From Eledone cirrhosa (lineage: Eukaryota): a stretch of 64,000 nucleotides of DNA. This document shows, one piece after another, positions 16,701 to 32,890 of the stretch. Within the stretch, counting starts at the first letter, position 1; each line of letters starts with the position of its first letter. The stretch is taken from NCBI GenBank assembly GCA_964016885.1, contig CAXHJY010000738.1:1-64000 (forward strand), in the 5' to 3' direction. Both the position numbers and the translations under genes were made by a program. The notes below the pieces were generated by a model. The model was given only the letters and a program-made list of their open reading frames with translations. It made no database searches and was not told the DNA's origin.

Positions 16701-16900
16701 TATTACAGTACAGTAGGTATATTACAGTACAGTAGGTATATTACAGTACAGTAGATAGATTACAGTACAGTAGGTATATTACAGTACAGTAGATATATTA
16801 CAGTACAGTAGATATATTACAGTACAGTAGATATATTACAGTACAGTAGGTATATTACAGTACAGTAGATATATTACAGTACAGTAGATATATTACAGTA
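10750..16900. repeat. Two adjacent copies of a ~3.26-kb higher-order block
   Basis: agggatatt 10777/14038; taaagtattatat 13145/16406; agatagagtac 13397/16658. All three offsets are 3261 bp. Confidence 0.85.
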
Positions 16901-18849
16901 CAGTAGGTATATTACAGTACAGTTGGCATATTACAGTACAGTAGGTATATTACAGTACAGTAGGTATATTACAGTACAGTAGGTATATTACAGTACAGTA
17001 GGTATATTACAGTACACTAGGTATATTACAGTACAGTAGGTATATTACAGTACAGTAGATATATTACAGTACACTAGGTATATTACAGTACAGTAGGTAT
17101 ATTACAGTACAGTAGATATATTACAGTACAGTAGGTATAATACCATACAGTAGGTATATTACAGTACAGTAGGAATATTACAGTACAATAGGTATAATAC
17201 AGTACAGTAGATATATTGCAGTACAGTAGGTATATTACACTACAGTAGGTATATTACAGTACAGTAGGTATATTAAAGTACAGTAGGTATAATACAGTAC
17301 AGTAGGTATATTACAGTACAGTAGGTATATTACAGTACAGTAGATATAATACAATACAGTAGATATATTGCAGTACAGTAGGTATATTACTGTACAGTAG
17401 GTATATTACAGTACAGTAGATATATTACAGTACAGTAGTTATATTACAGTACAGTAGGTATATTACAGTACAGTAGGTATATTACAGTACAGTAGATATA
17501 TTACAGTACAGTAGATATATTACAGTACAGTAGGTATAATACAGTACAGTAGGTATATTACAGTACAGTAGGTATATTACAGTACAGTAGGTATATTACA
17601 GTACAGTAGGTATATTACACTACAGTAGGTATATTACAGTACAGTAGGTATATTAAAGTACAGTAGGTATAATACAGTACAGTAGGTATATTACAGTACG
17701 GTAGGTATATTACAGTACAGTAGATATATTACAGTACAGTAGATATAATACAGTACACTAGATATATTACAGTACAGTAGGTATATTACAGTACAGTAGG
17801 GATATTACAGTACAGTAGGTATATTACAGTACAGTAGGTATATTACAGTACAGTAGGTATATTACAGTACAGTAGGTATATTATAGTACAGTAGATATAT
17901 TACAGTACAGTAGGTATATTACAGTACAGTAGATATATTACAGTACAGTAGATATATTACAGTACAGTAGGTATATTACAGTACAGTAGGTATATTACAG
18001 TACATTAGGTATATTACAGTACAGTAGGTATAATACAGTACAGTAGATATATTACGGTACAGTAGGTATATTACAGTACAGTAGGTATGTTACAGTACAG
18101 TAGATATATTACAGTACAGTAGGTATAATACAGTAAAGTAGGTATATTACAGTACAGTAGGTATATTACAGTACAGTAGGTATAATACAGTACAGTAGGT
18201 ATATTACAGTACAGTAGGTATATTACAGTACAGTAGGTATGTTACAGTACAGTAGGTATATTACAGTACAGTAGGTATATTAGAGTACAGTAGGTATATT
18301 ACAGTACAGTAGGTATATTACAGTACAGTAGGTATATTACAGTACAGTAGATATATTACAGTACAGTAGGTATATTACAGTGCAGTAGGTATATTACAGT
18401 ACCGTAGATATATTACAGTACAGTATGTATATTACAGTACAGTATGTATATTACAGTACAGTAGGTATATTACAGTACAGTAGGTATATCACAGTACAGT
18501 AGGTATAATACAGTACAGTAGATATATTACAGTACAGTAGGTATATTACAGTACAGTAGATATATTACAGTACAGTAGATATATTACAGTAGGTATATTA
18601 CAGTACAGTAGATATATTACAGTACAGTAGGTATATTACAGTACAGTAGGTATATTACAGTACAGTAGATATATTACAGTACAGTAGGTATATTACAGTA
18701 CAGTAGATATATTACAGTACAGTAGGTATATTACAGTACAGTAGGTATATTACAGTACAGTAGATATATTACAGTACAGTAGGTATAATACAGTAAAGTA
18801 GGTATATTACAGTACAGTAGGTATATTACAGTACAGTAGGTATAATACA

Positions 18850-21800
18850 GTACAGTAGGTATATTACAGTACAGTAGGTATATTACAGTACAGTAGGTAT
18901 ATTACAGTACAGTAGGTATATTACAGTACAGTAGATATATTACAGTACAGTAGGTATATTACAGTACAGTAGGTATATTACAGTACAGTAGATATATTAC
19001 AGTACAGTAGGTATATTACAGTACAGTAGATATATTACAGTACAGTAGGTATAATACAGTACAGTAGGTATATTACAGTACAGTAGATATATTACAGTAC
19101 AGTAGATATATTACAGTACAGTAGATATATTACAGTATAGTAGGTATATTACAGTACAGTAGATATATTACAGTACAGTAGGTATATTACAGTACAGTAG
19201 GTATATTACAGTACAGTAGGTATATTACAGTACAGTAGATATATTACAGTACAGTAGATATATTACAGTACAGTAGGTATATTACAGTACAGTAGGTATA
19301 TTACAGTACAGTAGGTATATTACAGTACAGTAGATATATTACAGTACAGTAGGTATATTACAGTACAGTAGGTTTATTACAGTACAGTAGATATATTACA
19401 GTACAGTATGTATATTACAGTACAGTATGTATATTACAGTACAGTAGGTATATTACAGTACAGTAGGTATATCACAGTACAGTAGGTATAATACAGTACA
19501 GTAGATATATTACAGTACAGTAGGTATATTACAGTACAGTAGGTATATTACAGTACAGTAGGTATATTACAGTACAGTAGGTATATTACAGTACAGTAGG
19601 TATATTACAGTACAGGAGATATATTACAGTACAGTAGATATATTACAGTACAGTATGTATATTACAGTATGTATATTACAGTACAGTAGATATATTACAG
19701 TACAGTAGATATATTACAGTACAGTAGGTATATTACAGTACAGTAGATATATTACATTACAGTAGATATATTACATTACAGTAGATATATTACAGTACAG
19801 TTGGTATATTATAGTACAGTATATATATTACAGTACAGTAGATATATTACAGTATGTATATTAAAGTATGTATATTACAGTACAGTAGATATAATACAGT
19901 ACAGTAGATATATTACATTACAGTAGATATATTACAGTACAGTTGGTATATTATAGTACAGTATATATATTACAGTACAGTAGGTATATTACAGTACAGT
20001 AGGTATAATACAGTACAGTAGGTATATTACAGTACAGTAGGTATATTACAGTACAGTAGGTATATTACAGTACAGTAGGTATATTACAGTACAGTAGATA
20101 TATTACAGTACAGTAGGTATATTACAGTACAGTAGGTATATTACAGTACAGTAGATATATTACAGTACAGTAGGTATATTACAGTACAGTAGATATATTA
20201 CAGTACAGTAGGTATAATACAGTACAGTAGGTATATTACAGTACAGTAGATATATTACAGTACAGTAGATATATTACAGTACAGTAGATATATTACAGTA
20301 TAGTAGGTATATTACAGTACAGTAGATATATTACAGTACAGTAGGTATATTACAGTACAGTAGGTATATTACAGTACAGTAGGTATATTACAGTACAGTA
20401 GATATATTACAGTACAGTAGATATATTACAGTACAGTAGGTATATTACAGTACAGTAGGTATATTACAGTACAGTAGGTATATTACAGTACAGTAGATAT
20501 ATTACAGTACAGTAGGTATATTACAGTACAGTAGGTTTATTACAGTACAGTAGATATATTACAGTACAGTATGTATATTACAGTACAGTATGTATATTAC
20601 AGTACAGTAGGTATATTACAGTACAGTAGGTATATCACAGTACAGTAGGTATAATACAGTACAGTAGATATATTACAGTACAGTAGGTATATTACAGTAC
20701 AGTAGGTATATTACAGTACAGTAGGTATATTACAGTACAGTAGGTATATTACAGTACAGTAGGTATATTACAGTACAGGAGATATATTACAGTACAGTAG
20801 ATATATTACAGTACAGTATGTATATTACAGTATGTATATTACAGTACAGTAGATATATTACAGTACAGTAGATATATTACAGTACAGTAGGTATATTACA
20901 GTACAGTAGATATATTACATTACAGTAGATATATTACATTACAGTAGATATATTACAGTACAGTTGGTATATTATAGTACAGTATATATATTACAGTACA
21001 GTAGATATATTACAGTATGTATATTAAAGTATGTATATTACAGTACAGTAGATATAATACAGTACAGTAGATATATTACATTACAGTAGATATATTACAG
21101 TACAGTTGGTATATTATAGTACAGTATATATATTACAGTACAGTAGGTATATTACAGTACAGTAGGTATATTACAGTACAGTAGGTATATTACAGTACAG
21201 TAGTTATATTACAGTACAGTAGATATATTACAATACAGTAGGTATATTACAGTACAGTAGATATATTACAGTACAGTAGGTATATTACAGTACAGTAGAT
21301 ATATTACAGTACAGTAGGTATAATACAGTACAGTAGGTATATTACAGTACAGTAGATATATTACAGTACAGTAGATATATTACAGTACAGTAGGTATATT
21401 ACAGTACAATAGATATATTACAGTAGGTATATTACAGTACAGTAGGTATATTACAGTACAGTAGATATATTACAGTACAGTAGGTATATTACAGTACAGT
21501 AGGTATATTACAGTACAGTAGGTATATTACAGTACAGGAGATATATTACAGTACAGTAGATATATTACAGTACAGTATGTATATTACAGTATGTATATTA
21601 CAGTACAGTAGATATATTACAGTACAGTAGATATATTACAGTACAGTAGGTATATTACAGTACAGTAGATATATTACAGTACAGTAGATATATTACAGTA
21701 CAGTAGGTATATTACAGTACAGTATGTATATTAAAGTATGTATATTACAGTACAGTAGATATAATACAGTACAGTAGATATATTACATTACAGTAGATAT

Positions 21801-23950
21801 ATTACAGTACAGTTGGTATATTATAGTACAGTATATATATTACAGTACAGTAGGTATATTACAGTACAGTAGGTATATTACAGTACAGTAGATATATTAC
21901 AGTACAGTAGGTATATTACAGTACAGTAGATATATTACAGTACAGTAGGTATATTACAGTACAGTAGATATATTACAGTACAGTAGGTATATTACAGTAC
22001 AGTAGGTATATTACAGTACAGTAGATATATTACAGTACAGTATGTATATTACAGTACAGTATGTATATTACAGTACAGTAGGTATATTACAGTACACTAG
22101 GTATATTACAGTACAGTAGGTATATTACAGTACAGTAGATATATTACAGTACAGTAGGTATATTACAGTACAGTAGTTATATTACAGTACAGTAGGTATA
22201 TTACAGTACAGTAGGTATAATACAGTACAGTAGATATATTACAGTACAGTAGTTATATTACAGTACAGTATGTATATTACAGTACAGTAGGTATATTACA
22301 GTACAGTAGGTATATCACAGTACAGTAGGTATAATACAGTACAGTAGATATATTACAGTACAGTAGGTATATTACAGTACATTAGGTATATTACAGTACA
22401 GTAGGTATAATACAGTACAGTAGATATATTACAGTACAGTAGGTATATTACAGTACAGTAGGTATATTACAGTAGATATATTACAGTACAGTAGGTATAA
22501 TACAGTAAAGTAGGTATATTACAGTACAGTAGGTATATTACAGTACAGTAGGTATATTACAGTACAGTAGGTATATTGCAGTACAGTAGATATATTACAG
22601 TACAGTAGGTATATTACAGTACAGTAGATATATTACAGTACAGTAGATATATTACAGTACAGTAGGTATATTACAGTACAATAGATATATTACAGTAGGT
22701 ATATTACAGTACAGTAGGTATATTACAGTACAGTAGATATATTACAGTACAGTAGGTATATTACAGTACAGTAGGTATATTACAGTACAGTAGGTATATT
22801 ACAGTACAGGAGATATATTACAGTACAGTAGATATATTACAGTACAGTATGTATATTACAGTATGTATATTACAGTACAGTAGATATATTACAGTACAGT
22901 AGATATATTACAGTACAGTAGGTATATTACAGTACAGTAGATATATTACAGTACAGTAGATATATTACAGTACAGTAGGTATATTACAGTACAGTATGTA
23001 TATTAAAGTATGTATATTACAGTACAGTAGATATAATACAGTACAGTAGATATATTACATTACAGTAGATATATTACAGTACAGTTGGTATATTATAGTA
23101 CAGTATATATATTACAGTACAGTAGGTATATTACAGTACAGTAGGTATATTACAGTACAGTAGATATATTACAGTACAGTAGATATATTACAGTACAGTA
23201 GATATATTACAGTACAGTAGGTATATTACAGTACAGTAGATATATTACAGTACAGTAGGTATATTACAGTACAGTAGGTATATTACAGTACAGTAGGTAT
23301 ATTACAGTACAGGAGATATATTACAGTACAGTAGATATATTACAGTACAGTAGGTATACTACAGTACAGTAGGTATATTACAGTACAGTAGATATATTAC
23401 AGTACAGTATGTATATTACAGTACAGTATGTATATTACAGTACAGTAGGTATATTACAGTACACTAGGTATATTACAGTACAGTAGGTATATTACAGTAC
23501 AGTAGATATATTACAGTACAGTAGGTATATTACAGTACAGTAGTTATATTACAGTACAGTAGGTATATTACAGTACAGTAGGTATAATACAGTACAGTAG
23601 ATATATTACAGTACAGTAGTTATATTACAGTACAGTATGTATATTACAGTACAGTAGGTATATTACAGTACAGTAGGTATATCACAGTACAGTAGGTATA
23701 ATACAGTACAGTAGATATATTACAGTACAGTAGGTATATTACAGTACATTAGGTATATTACAGTACAGTAGGTATAATACAGTACAGTAGATATATTACA
23801 GTACAGTAGGTATATTACAGTACAGTAGGTATATTACAGTAGATATATTACAGTACAGTAGGTATAATACAGTAAAGTAGGTATATTACAGTACAGTAGG
23901 TATATTACAGTACAGTAGGTATATTACAGTACAGTAGGTATATTGCAGTA
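18850..23950. repeat. Local sub-array with private variant monomers and ~1.16-1.27-kb higher-order repeats
   Basis: tacaggag at 19611, 20774, 21533, 22805, 23308; ttggtatattatagtacagtatatat at 19801, 19943, 20964, 21106, 21813, 23085. Offsets are 1163 and 1272 bp. I did not see these variants elsewhere in the window. Confidence 0.85.
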
Positions 23951-24659
23951 CAGTAGATATATTACAGTACAGTAGGTATATTACAGTACAGTAGGTATAT
24001 TACAGTACAGTAGATAGATTACAGTACAGTAGATATATTACAGTACAGTAGGTATATTACAGTACAGTAGGTATATTACAGTACAGTAGGTATATTACAG
24101 TACAGTAGGTATATTACAGTACAGTAGGTAGATTACAGTACAGTAGGTATATTACAGTACAGTAGATATATTACAGTACAGTAGATATATTACAGTACAG
24201 TAGATATATTACAGTACAGTAGGTATATTACAGTACAGTAGATATATTACAGTACAGTAGGTATATTACAGTACAGTAGATATATTACAGTACAGTAGGT
24301 ATATTACAGTACAGTAGGTATATTACAGTACAGTAGGTATATTACAGTACAGTAGATATATTACAGTACAGTAGGTATAATACAGTACAGTAGGTATATT
24401 ACAGTACAGTAGGTATATTACAGTACAGTAGTTATAATACAGTACAGTAGGTATATTACAGTACAGTAGATATATTACAGTACAGTAGATATATTACAGT
24501 ACAGTAGATATATTACAGTACAGTAGGTATATTACAGTACAGTAGATATATTACAGTACAGTAGGTATATTACAGTACAGTAGTTATAATACAGTACAGT
24601 AGGTATATTACAGTACAGTAGTTATAATACAGTACAGTAGGTATATTACAGTACAGTAG

Positions 24660-27600
24660 GTATATTACAGTACAGTAGGTATATTACAGTACAGTAGGTA
24701 TATTACAGTACAGTAGATATATTACAGTACAGTAGGGATATTACAGTACAGTAGGTATATTACAGTACAGTAGATATATTACAGTACCGTAGGTATATTA
24801 CAGTACAGTAGGTATATTACAGTACAGTAGATATTTTACAGTACAGTAGGTATAATACAGTAGAGTAGATATATTACAGTACAGTAGTTATAATACAGTA
24901 CAGTAGTAATAATACAGTACAGTAGATATATTACAGTACAGTAGTTATATTACAGTACAGTAGGTATATTACAGTACAGTAGGTATATTACAGTACAGTA
25001 GATATATTACAGTACAGTAGGTATAATACAGTACAGTAGGTATATTACAGTACAGTAAGTATATTACAGTACAGTAGTTATATTACAGTACAGTAGCTTT
25101 ATTACAGTACAGTAGGTATATTACAGTACAGTAGGTATATTACAGTACAGTAGGAATATTACAGTACAGTAGGTATATTGCAGTACAGTAGGTATATTAC
25201 AGTACAGTAGGTATATTACAGTACAGTAGGTATATTACAGTACAGTAGGTATATTACAGTACAGTAGCTTTATTACAGTACAGTAGGTATATTACAGTAC
25301 AGTAGGTATATTACAGTACAGTAGGAATATTACAGTACAGTAGGTATATTGCAGTACAGTAGGTATATTACAGTACAGTAGATATATTACAGTACAGTAG
25401 ATATATTACAGTACACTAGGTATATTACAGTACAGTAGGTATATTACAGTACAGTAGATATATTACAGTACAGTATGTATATTACAGTACAGTATGTATA
25501 TTACAGTTCAGTAGGTATATTACAGTACAGTAGGTATATCACAGTACAGTAGGTATAATACAGTACAGTAGATATATTACAGTACAGTACGTATATTACA
25601 GTACAGTAGATATATTACAGTACAGTAGATATATTACAGTACAGTAGATATATTACAGTACAGTAGGTATATTACAGTACAGTAGGTATATTACAGTACA
25701 GTAGATATATTACAGTACAGTAGGTATATTACAGTACAGTAGATATATTACAGTACAGTAGGTATATTACAGTACAGTAGGTATATTACAGTACAGTAGG
25801 TATATTACAGTACAGTAGGTATATTACAGTACAGTAGATATATTACAGTACAGTAGGTATATTACAGTACAGTAGATATATTACAGTACAGTAGGTATAT
25901 TACAGTACAGTAGATATATTACAGTACAGTAGGTATATTACAGTACAGTAGGTATATTACAGTACAGTAGATATATTACAGTACAGTAGGTATATTACAG
26001 TACAGTAGATATATTACAGTACAGTAGGTATAATACAGTACAGTAGGTATATTACAGTACAGTAGATATATTACAGTACAGTAGATATATTACAGTACAG
26101 TAGATATATTACAGTACAGTAGGTATATTACAGTACAGTAGATATATTACAGTACAGTAGGTATATTACAGTACAGTAGGTATATTACAGTACACTAGGT
26201 ATATTACAGTACAGTAGATATATTACAGTACAGTAGATATATTACAGTACAGTAGATATATTACAGTACAGTAGGTATATTACAGTACAGTAGATATATT
26301 ACAGTACAGTAGGTATATTACAGTACAGTAGGTTTATTACAGTACAGTAGATATATTACAGTACAGTATGTATATTACAGTACAGTATGTATATTACAGT
26401 ACAGTAGGTATATTACAATACAGTAGGTATATCACAGTACAGTAGGTATAATACAGTACAGTAGATATATTACAGTACAGTAGGTATATTACAGTACAGT
26501 AGGTATATTACAGTACAGTAGGTATATTACAGTACAGTACGTATATTACAGTACAGTAGTTATATTACAGTGCAGTAGATATATTACAATACAGTAGGTA
26601 TATTACAGTACAGTAGATATATTACAGTACAGTAGATATATTACAGTACAGTAGGTATAATACAGTACAGTAGGTATATTACAGTACAGTAGATATATTA
26701 CAGTACAGTAGATATATTACTGTACAGTAGGTATATTACAGTACAATAGATATATTACAGTAGGTATATTACAGTACAGTAGGTATATTACAGTACAGTA
26801 GATATATTACAGTACAGTAGATATATTACAGTACAGTAGGTATATTACAGTACAGTAGGTATATTACAGTACAGTAGGTATATTACAGTACAGTAGATAT
26901 ATTACAGTACAGTATGTATATTACAGTATGTATATTACAGTACAGTAGATATATTACAGTACAGTAGATATATTACAGTACAGTAGGTATATTACAGTAC
27001 AGTAGATATATTACAGTGCAGTAGATATATTACAGTACAGTAGGTATATTACAGTACAGTATGTATATTAAAGTATTATATTACAGTACAGTAGATATAA
27101 TACAGTACAGTAGATATATTACAGTACAGTAGATATATTACAGTACAGTAGGTATATTATAGTACAGTAGATATATTACAGTACAGTAGGTATATTACAG
27201 TACAGTAGGTATATTACAGTACAGTAGATATATTACAGTACAGTAGATATATTACAGTACAGTAGATATATTACAGTACAGTAGGTATATTACAGTACAG
27301 TAGGTATATTACAGTACAGTAGATAGAGTACAGTACAGTAGATATATTACAGTACAGTAGGTATATTACAGTACAGTAGGTATATTACAGTACAGTAGGT
27401 ATATTACAGTAGGTATATTACAGTACAGTAGGTATATTACAGTACAGTAGGTATATTACAGTACAGTAGATAGATTACAGTACAGTAGGTATATTACAGT
27501 ACAGTAGATATATTACAGTACAGTAGATATATTACAGTACAGTAGATATATTACAGTACAGTAGGTATATTACAGTACAGTAGATATATTACAGTACAGT

Positions 27601-30600
27601 AGGTATATTACAGTACAGTAGATATATTACAGTACAGTAGGTATATTACAGTACAGTAGGTATATTACAGTACAGTAGGTATATTACAGTACAGTAGATA
27701 TAATACAGTACAGTAGGTATAATACAGTACAGTAGGTATATTACAGTACAGTAGGTATATTACAGTACAGTAGGTATATTACAGTACAGTAGTTATAATA
27801 CAATACAGTAGGTATATTACAGTACAGTAGTTATAATACAGTACAGTAGGTATATTACAGTACAGTAGGTATATTACAGTACAGTAGGTATATTACAGTA
27901 CAGTAGGTATATTACAGTACAGTAGATATATTACAGTACAGTAGGGATATTACAGTACAGTAGGTATATTACAGTACAGTAGATATATGACAGTACAGTA
28001 GGTATATTACAGTACAGTAGGTATATTACAGTACAGTAGATATTTTACAGTACAGTAGGTATAATACAGTACAGTAGATATATTACAGTACAGTAGTTAT
28101 ATTACAGTACAGTAGTAATAATACAGTACAGTAGATATATTACAGTACAGTAGGTATATTACAGTACAGTAGGTATATTACAGTACAGTAGATATATTAC
28201 AGTACAGTAGGTATAATACAGTACAGTAGGTATATTACAGTACAGTAGGTTTATTACAGTACAGTAGTTATATTACAGTACAGTAGGTATATTACAGTAC
28301 AGTAGGTATATTACAGTACAGTAGGTATATTACAGTACAGTAGGAATACTACAGTACAGTAGGTATATTGCAGTACAGTAGGTATATTACAGTACAGTAG
28401 GTATATTACAGTACAGTAGGTATATTACAGTACAGTAGGTATATTACAGTACAGTAGTTATATTACAGTACAGTAGTTATATTACAGTACAGTAGGTATA
28501 TTACAGTACAGTAGGTATATTACAGTACAGTAGGAATATTACAGTACAGTAGGTATATTGCAGTACAGTAGGTATATTACAGTACAGTAGATATATTACA
28601 GTACAGTAGATATATTACAGTACACTAGGTATATTACAGTACAGTAGGTATATTACAGTACAGTAGATATATTACAGTACAGTATGTATATTACAGTACA
28701 GTATGTATATTACAGTTCAGTATGTATATTACAGTACAGTAGGTATATCACAGTACAGTAGGTATAATACAGTACAGTAGATATATTACAGTACAGTAGT
28801 TATATTACAGTACAGTAGATATATTACAGTACAGTAGGTATATTACAGTACAGTAGATATATTACAGTACAGTAGGTATATTACAGTACAGTAGGTATAT
28901 TACAGTACAGTAGGTATATTACAGTACAGTAGGTATATTACAGTACAGTAGATATATTACAGGACAGTAGGTATATTACAGTACAGTAGATATATTACAG
29001 TACAGTAGGTATATTACAGTACAGTAGATATATTACAGTACAGTAGGTATATTACAGTACAGTAGGTATATTAGAGTACAGTAGATATATTACAGTACAG
29101 TAGGTATATTACAGTACAGTAGATATATTACAGTACAGTAGGTATAATACAGTACAGTAGGTATATTACAGTACAGTAGATATATTACAGTACAGTAGAT
29201 ATATTACAGTACAGTAGATATATTACAGTACAGTAGGTATATTACAGTACAGTAGATATATTACAGTACAGTAGGTATATTACAGTACAGTAGGTATATT
29301 ACAGTACAGTAGGTATATTACAGTACAGTAGATATATTACAGTACATTAGATATATTACAGTACAGTAGATATATTACAGTACAGTAGGTATATTACAGT
29401 ACAGTAGGTATATTACAGTACAGTAGATATATTACAGTACAGTAGGTATATTACAGTACAGTAGGTTTATTACAGTACAGTAGATATATTACAGTACAGT
29501 ATGTATATTACAGTACAGTATGTATATTACAGTACAGTACGTATATTACAGTACGGTAGGTATATCACAGTACAGTAGGTATAATACAGTACAGTAGATA
29601 TATTACAGTACAGTAGGTATATTACAGTACAGTAGGTATATTACAGTACAGTAGGTATATTACAGTACAGTAGGTATATTACAGTACAGTAGTTATATTA
29701 CAGTACAGTAGATATATTACAATACAGTAGGTATATTACAGTACAGTAGATATATTACAGTACAGTAGGTATATTACAGTACAGTAGATATATTACAGTA
29801 CAGTAGGTATAATACAGTACAGTAGGTATATTACAGTACAGTAGATATATTACAGTACAGTAGATATATTACAGTACAGTAGGTATATTACAGTACAATA
29901 GATATATTACAGTAGGTATATTACAGTACAGTAGGTATATTACAGTACAGTAGATATATTACAGTACAGTAGATACATTACAGTACAGTAGGTATATTAC
30001 AGTACAGTAGGTATATTACAGTACAGTAGGTATATTACAGTACAGTAGATATATTACAGTACAGTATGTATATTACAGTATGTATATTACAGTACAGTAG
30101 ATATATTACAGTACAGTAGATATATTACAGTACAGTAGGTATATTACAGTACAGTAGATATATTACAGTACAGTAGATATATTACAGTACAGTAGGTATA
30201 TTACAGTACAGTATGTATATTAAAGTATTATATTACAGTACAGTAGATATAATACAGTACAGTAGATATATTACAGTACAGTAGATATATTACAGTGCAG
30301 TAGGTATATTATAGTACAGTAGATATATTACAGTACAGTAGGTATATTACAGTACAGTAGGTATATTACAGTACAGTAGATATATTACAGTACAGTAGGT
30401 ATATTACAGTACAGTAGATATATTACAGTACAGTAGGTATATTACAGTACAGTAGGAATATTACAGTACAGTAGATAGAGTACAGTACAGTAGATATATT
30501 ACAGTACAGTAGGTATATTACAGTACAGTAGGTATATTACAGTACAGTAGGTATATTACAGTACAGTAGATAGATTACAGTACAGTAGGTATATTACAGT

Positions 30601-32890
30601 ACAGTAGATATATTACAGTACAGTAGATATATTACAGTACAGTAGATATATTACAGTACAGTAGGTATATTACAGTACAGTAGATATATTACAGTACAGT
30701 AGATATATTACAGTACAGTAGATATATTACAGTACAGTAGGTATATTACAGTACAGTAGATAGATTACAGTACATTAGATATATTACAGTACAGTAGATA
30801 TATTACAGTACAATAGGTATATTACAGTACAGTAGGTATATTACAGTACAGTAGATATATTACAGTACAGTAGGTATATTACAGTACAGTAGATATATTA
30901 CAGTACAGTAGATATATTACAGTACAGTAGGTATATTACAGTACAGTTGGAATATTACAGTACAGTAGGTATATTACAGTACAGTAGGTATATTACAGTA
31001 CAGTAGGTATATCACAGTACAGTAGGTATATTACAGTACACTAGGTATATTACAGTACAGTAGGTATATTACAGTACAGTAGATATATTACAGTACACTA
31101 GGTATATTACAGTACAGTAGGTATATTACAGTACAGTAGATATATTACAGTACAGTAGGTATAATACCATACAGTAGGTATATTACAGTACAGTAGGAAT
31201 ATTACAGTACAATAGGTATAATACAGTACAGTAGATATATTGCAGTACAGTAGGTATATTACACTACAGTAGGTATATTACAGTACAGTAGGTATATTAA
31301 AGTACAGTAGGTATAATACAGTACAGTAGGTATATTACAGTACAGTAGGTATATTACAGTACAGTAGATATAATACAATACAGTAGATATATTGCAGTAC
31401 AGTAGGTATATTACTGTACAGTAGGTATATTACAGTACAGTAGATATATTACAGTACAGTAGTTATATTACAGTACAGTAGGTATATTACAGTACAGTAG
31501 GTATATTACAGTACTGTAGATATATTACAGTACAGTAGATATATTACAGTACAGTAGGTATAATACAGTACAGTAGGTATATTACAGTACAGTAGGTATA
31601 TTACAGTACAGTAGGTATATTACAGTGCAGTAGGTATATTACACTACAGTAGGTATATTACAGTACAGTAGGTATATTAAAGTACAGTAGGTATAATACA
31701 GTACAGTAGGTATATTACAGTACGGTAGGTATATTACAGTACAGTAGATATATTACAGTACAGTAGATATAATACAGTACAGTAGATATATTACAGTACA
31801 GTAGGTATATTACAGTACAGTAGGGATATTACAGTACAGTAGGTATATTACAGTACAGTAGGTATATTACAGTACAGTAGGTATATTACAGTACAGTAGG
31901 TATATTATAGTACAGTAGATATATTACAGTACAGTAGGTATATTACAGTACAGTAGATATATTACAGTACAGTAGATATATTACAGTACAGTAGGTATAT
32001 TACAGTACAGTAGGTATATTACAGTACATTAGGTATATTACAGTACAGTAGGTATAATACAGTACAGTAGATATATTACGGTACAGTAGGTATATTACAG
32101 TACAGTAGGTATGTTGCAGTACAGTAGATATATTACAGTACAGTAGGTATAATACAGTAAAGTAGGTATATTACAGTACAGTAGGTATATTACAGTACAG
32201 TAGGTATAATACAGTACAGTAGGTATATTACAGTACAGTAGGTATATTACAGTACAGTAGGTATGTTACAGTACAGTAGGTATATTACAGTACAGTAGGT
32301 ATATTACAGTACAGTAGGTATATTACAGTACAGTAGGTATATTACAGTACAGTAGGTATATTACAGTACAGTAGATATATTACAGTACAGTAGGTATATT
32401 ACAGTGCAGTAGGTATATTACAGTACCGTAGATATATTACAGTACAGTATGTATATTACAGTACAGTATGTATATTACAGTACAGTAGGTATATTACAGT
32501 ACAGTAGGTATATCACAGTACAGTAGGTATAATACAGTACAGTAGATATATTACAGTACAGTAGGTATATTACAGTACAGTAGATATATTACAGTACAGT
32601 AGATATATTACAGTAGGTATATTACAGTACAGTAGATATATTACAGTACAGTAGGTATATTACAGTACAGTAGGTATATTACAGTACAGTAGATATATTA
32701 CAGTACAGTAGGTATATTACAGTACAGTAGATATATTACAGTACAGTAGGTATATTACAGTACAGTAGGTATATTACAGTACAGTAGATATATTACAGTA
32801 CAGTAGGTATAATACAGTAAAGTAGGTATATTACAGTACAGTAGGTATATTACAGTACAGTAGGTATAATACAGTACAGTAGGTATATTG
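24660..32890. repeat. ~8-kb higher-order duplicate of about 10,700-18,870 (offset about 13.8-14.0 kb)
   Basis: agggat 10777/24734; taccgtagg 10828/24785; agatagagtac 13397/27321 and 16658/30473; taccatacag 17141/31165; tactgtacagta 17388/31412. Confidence 0.85.
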
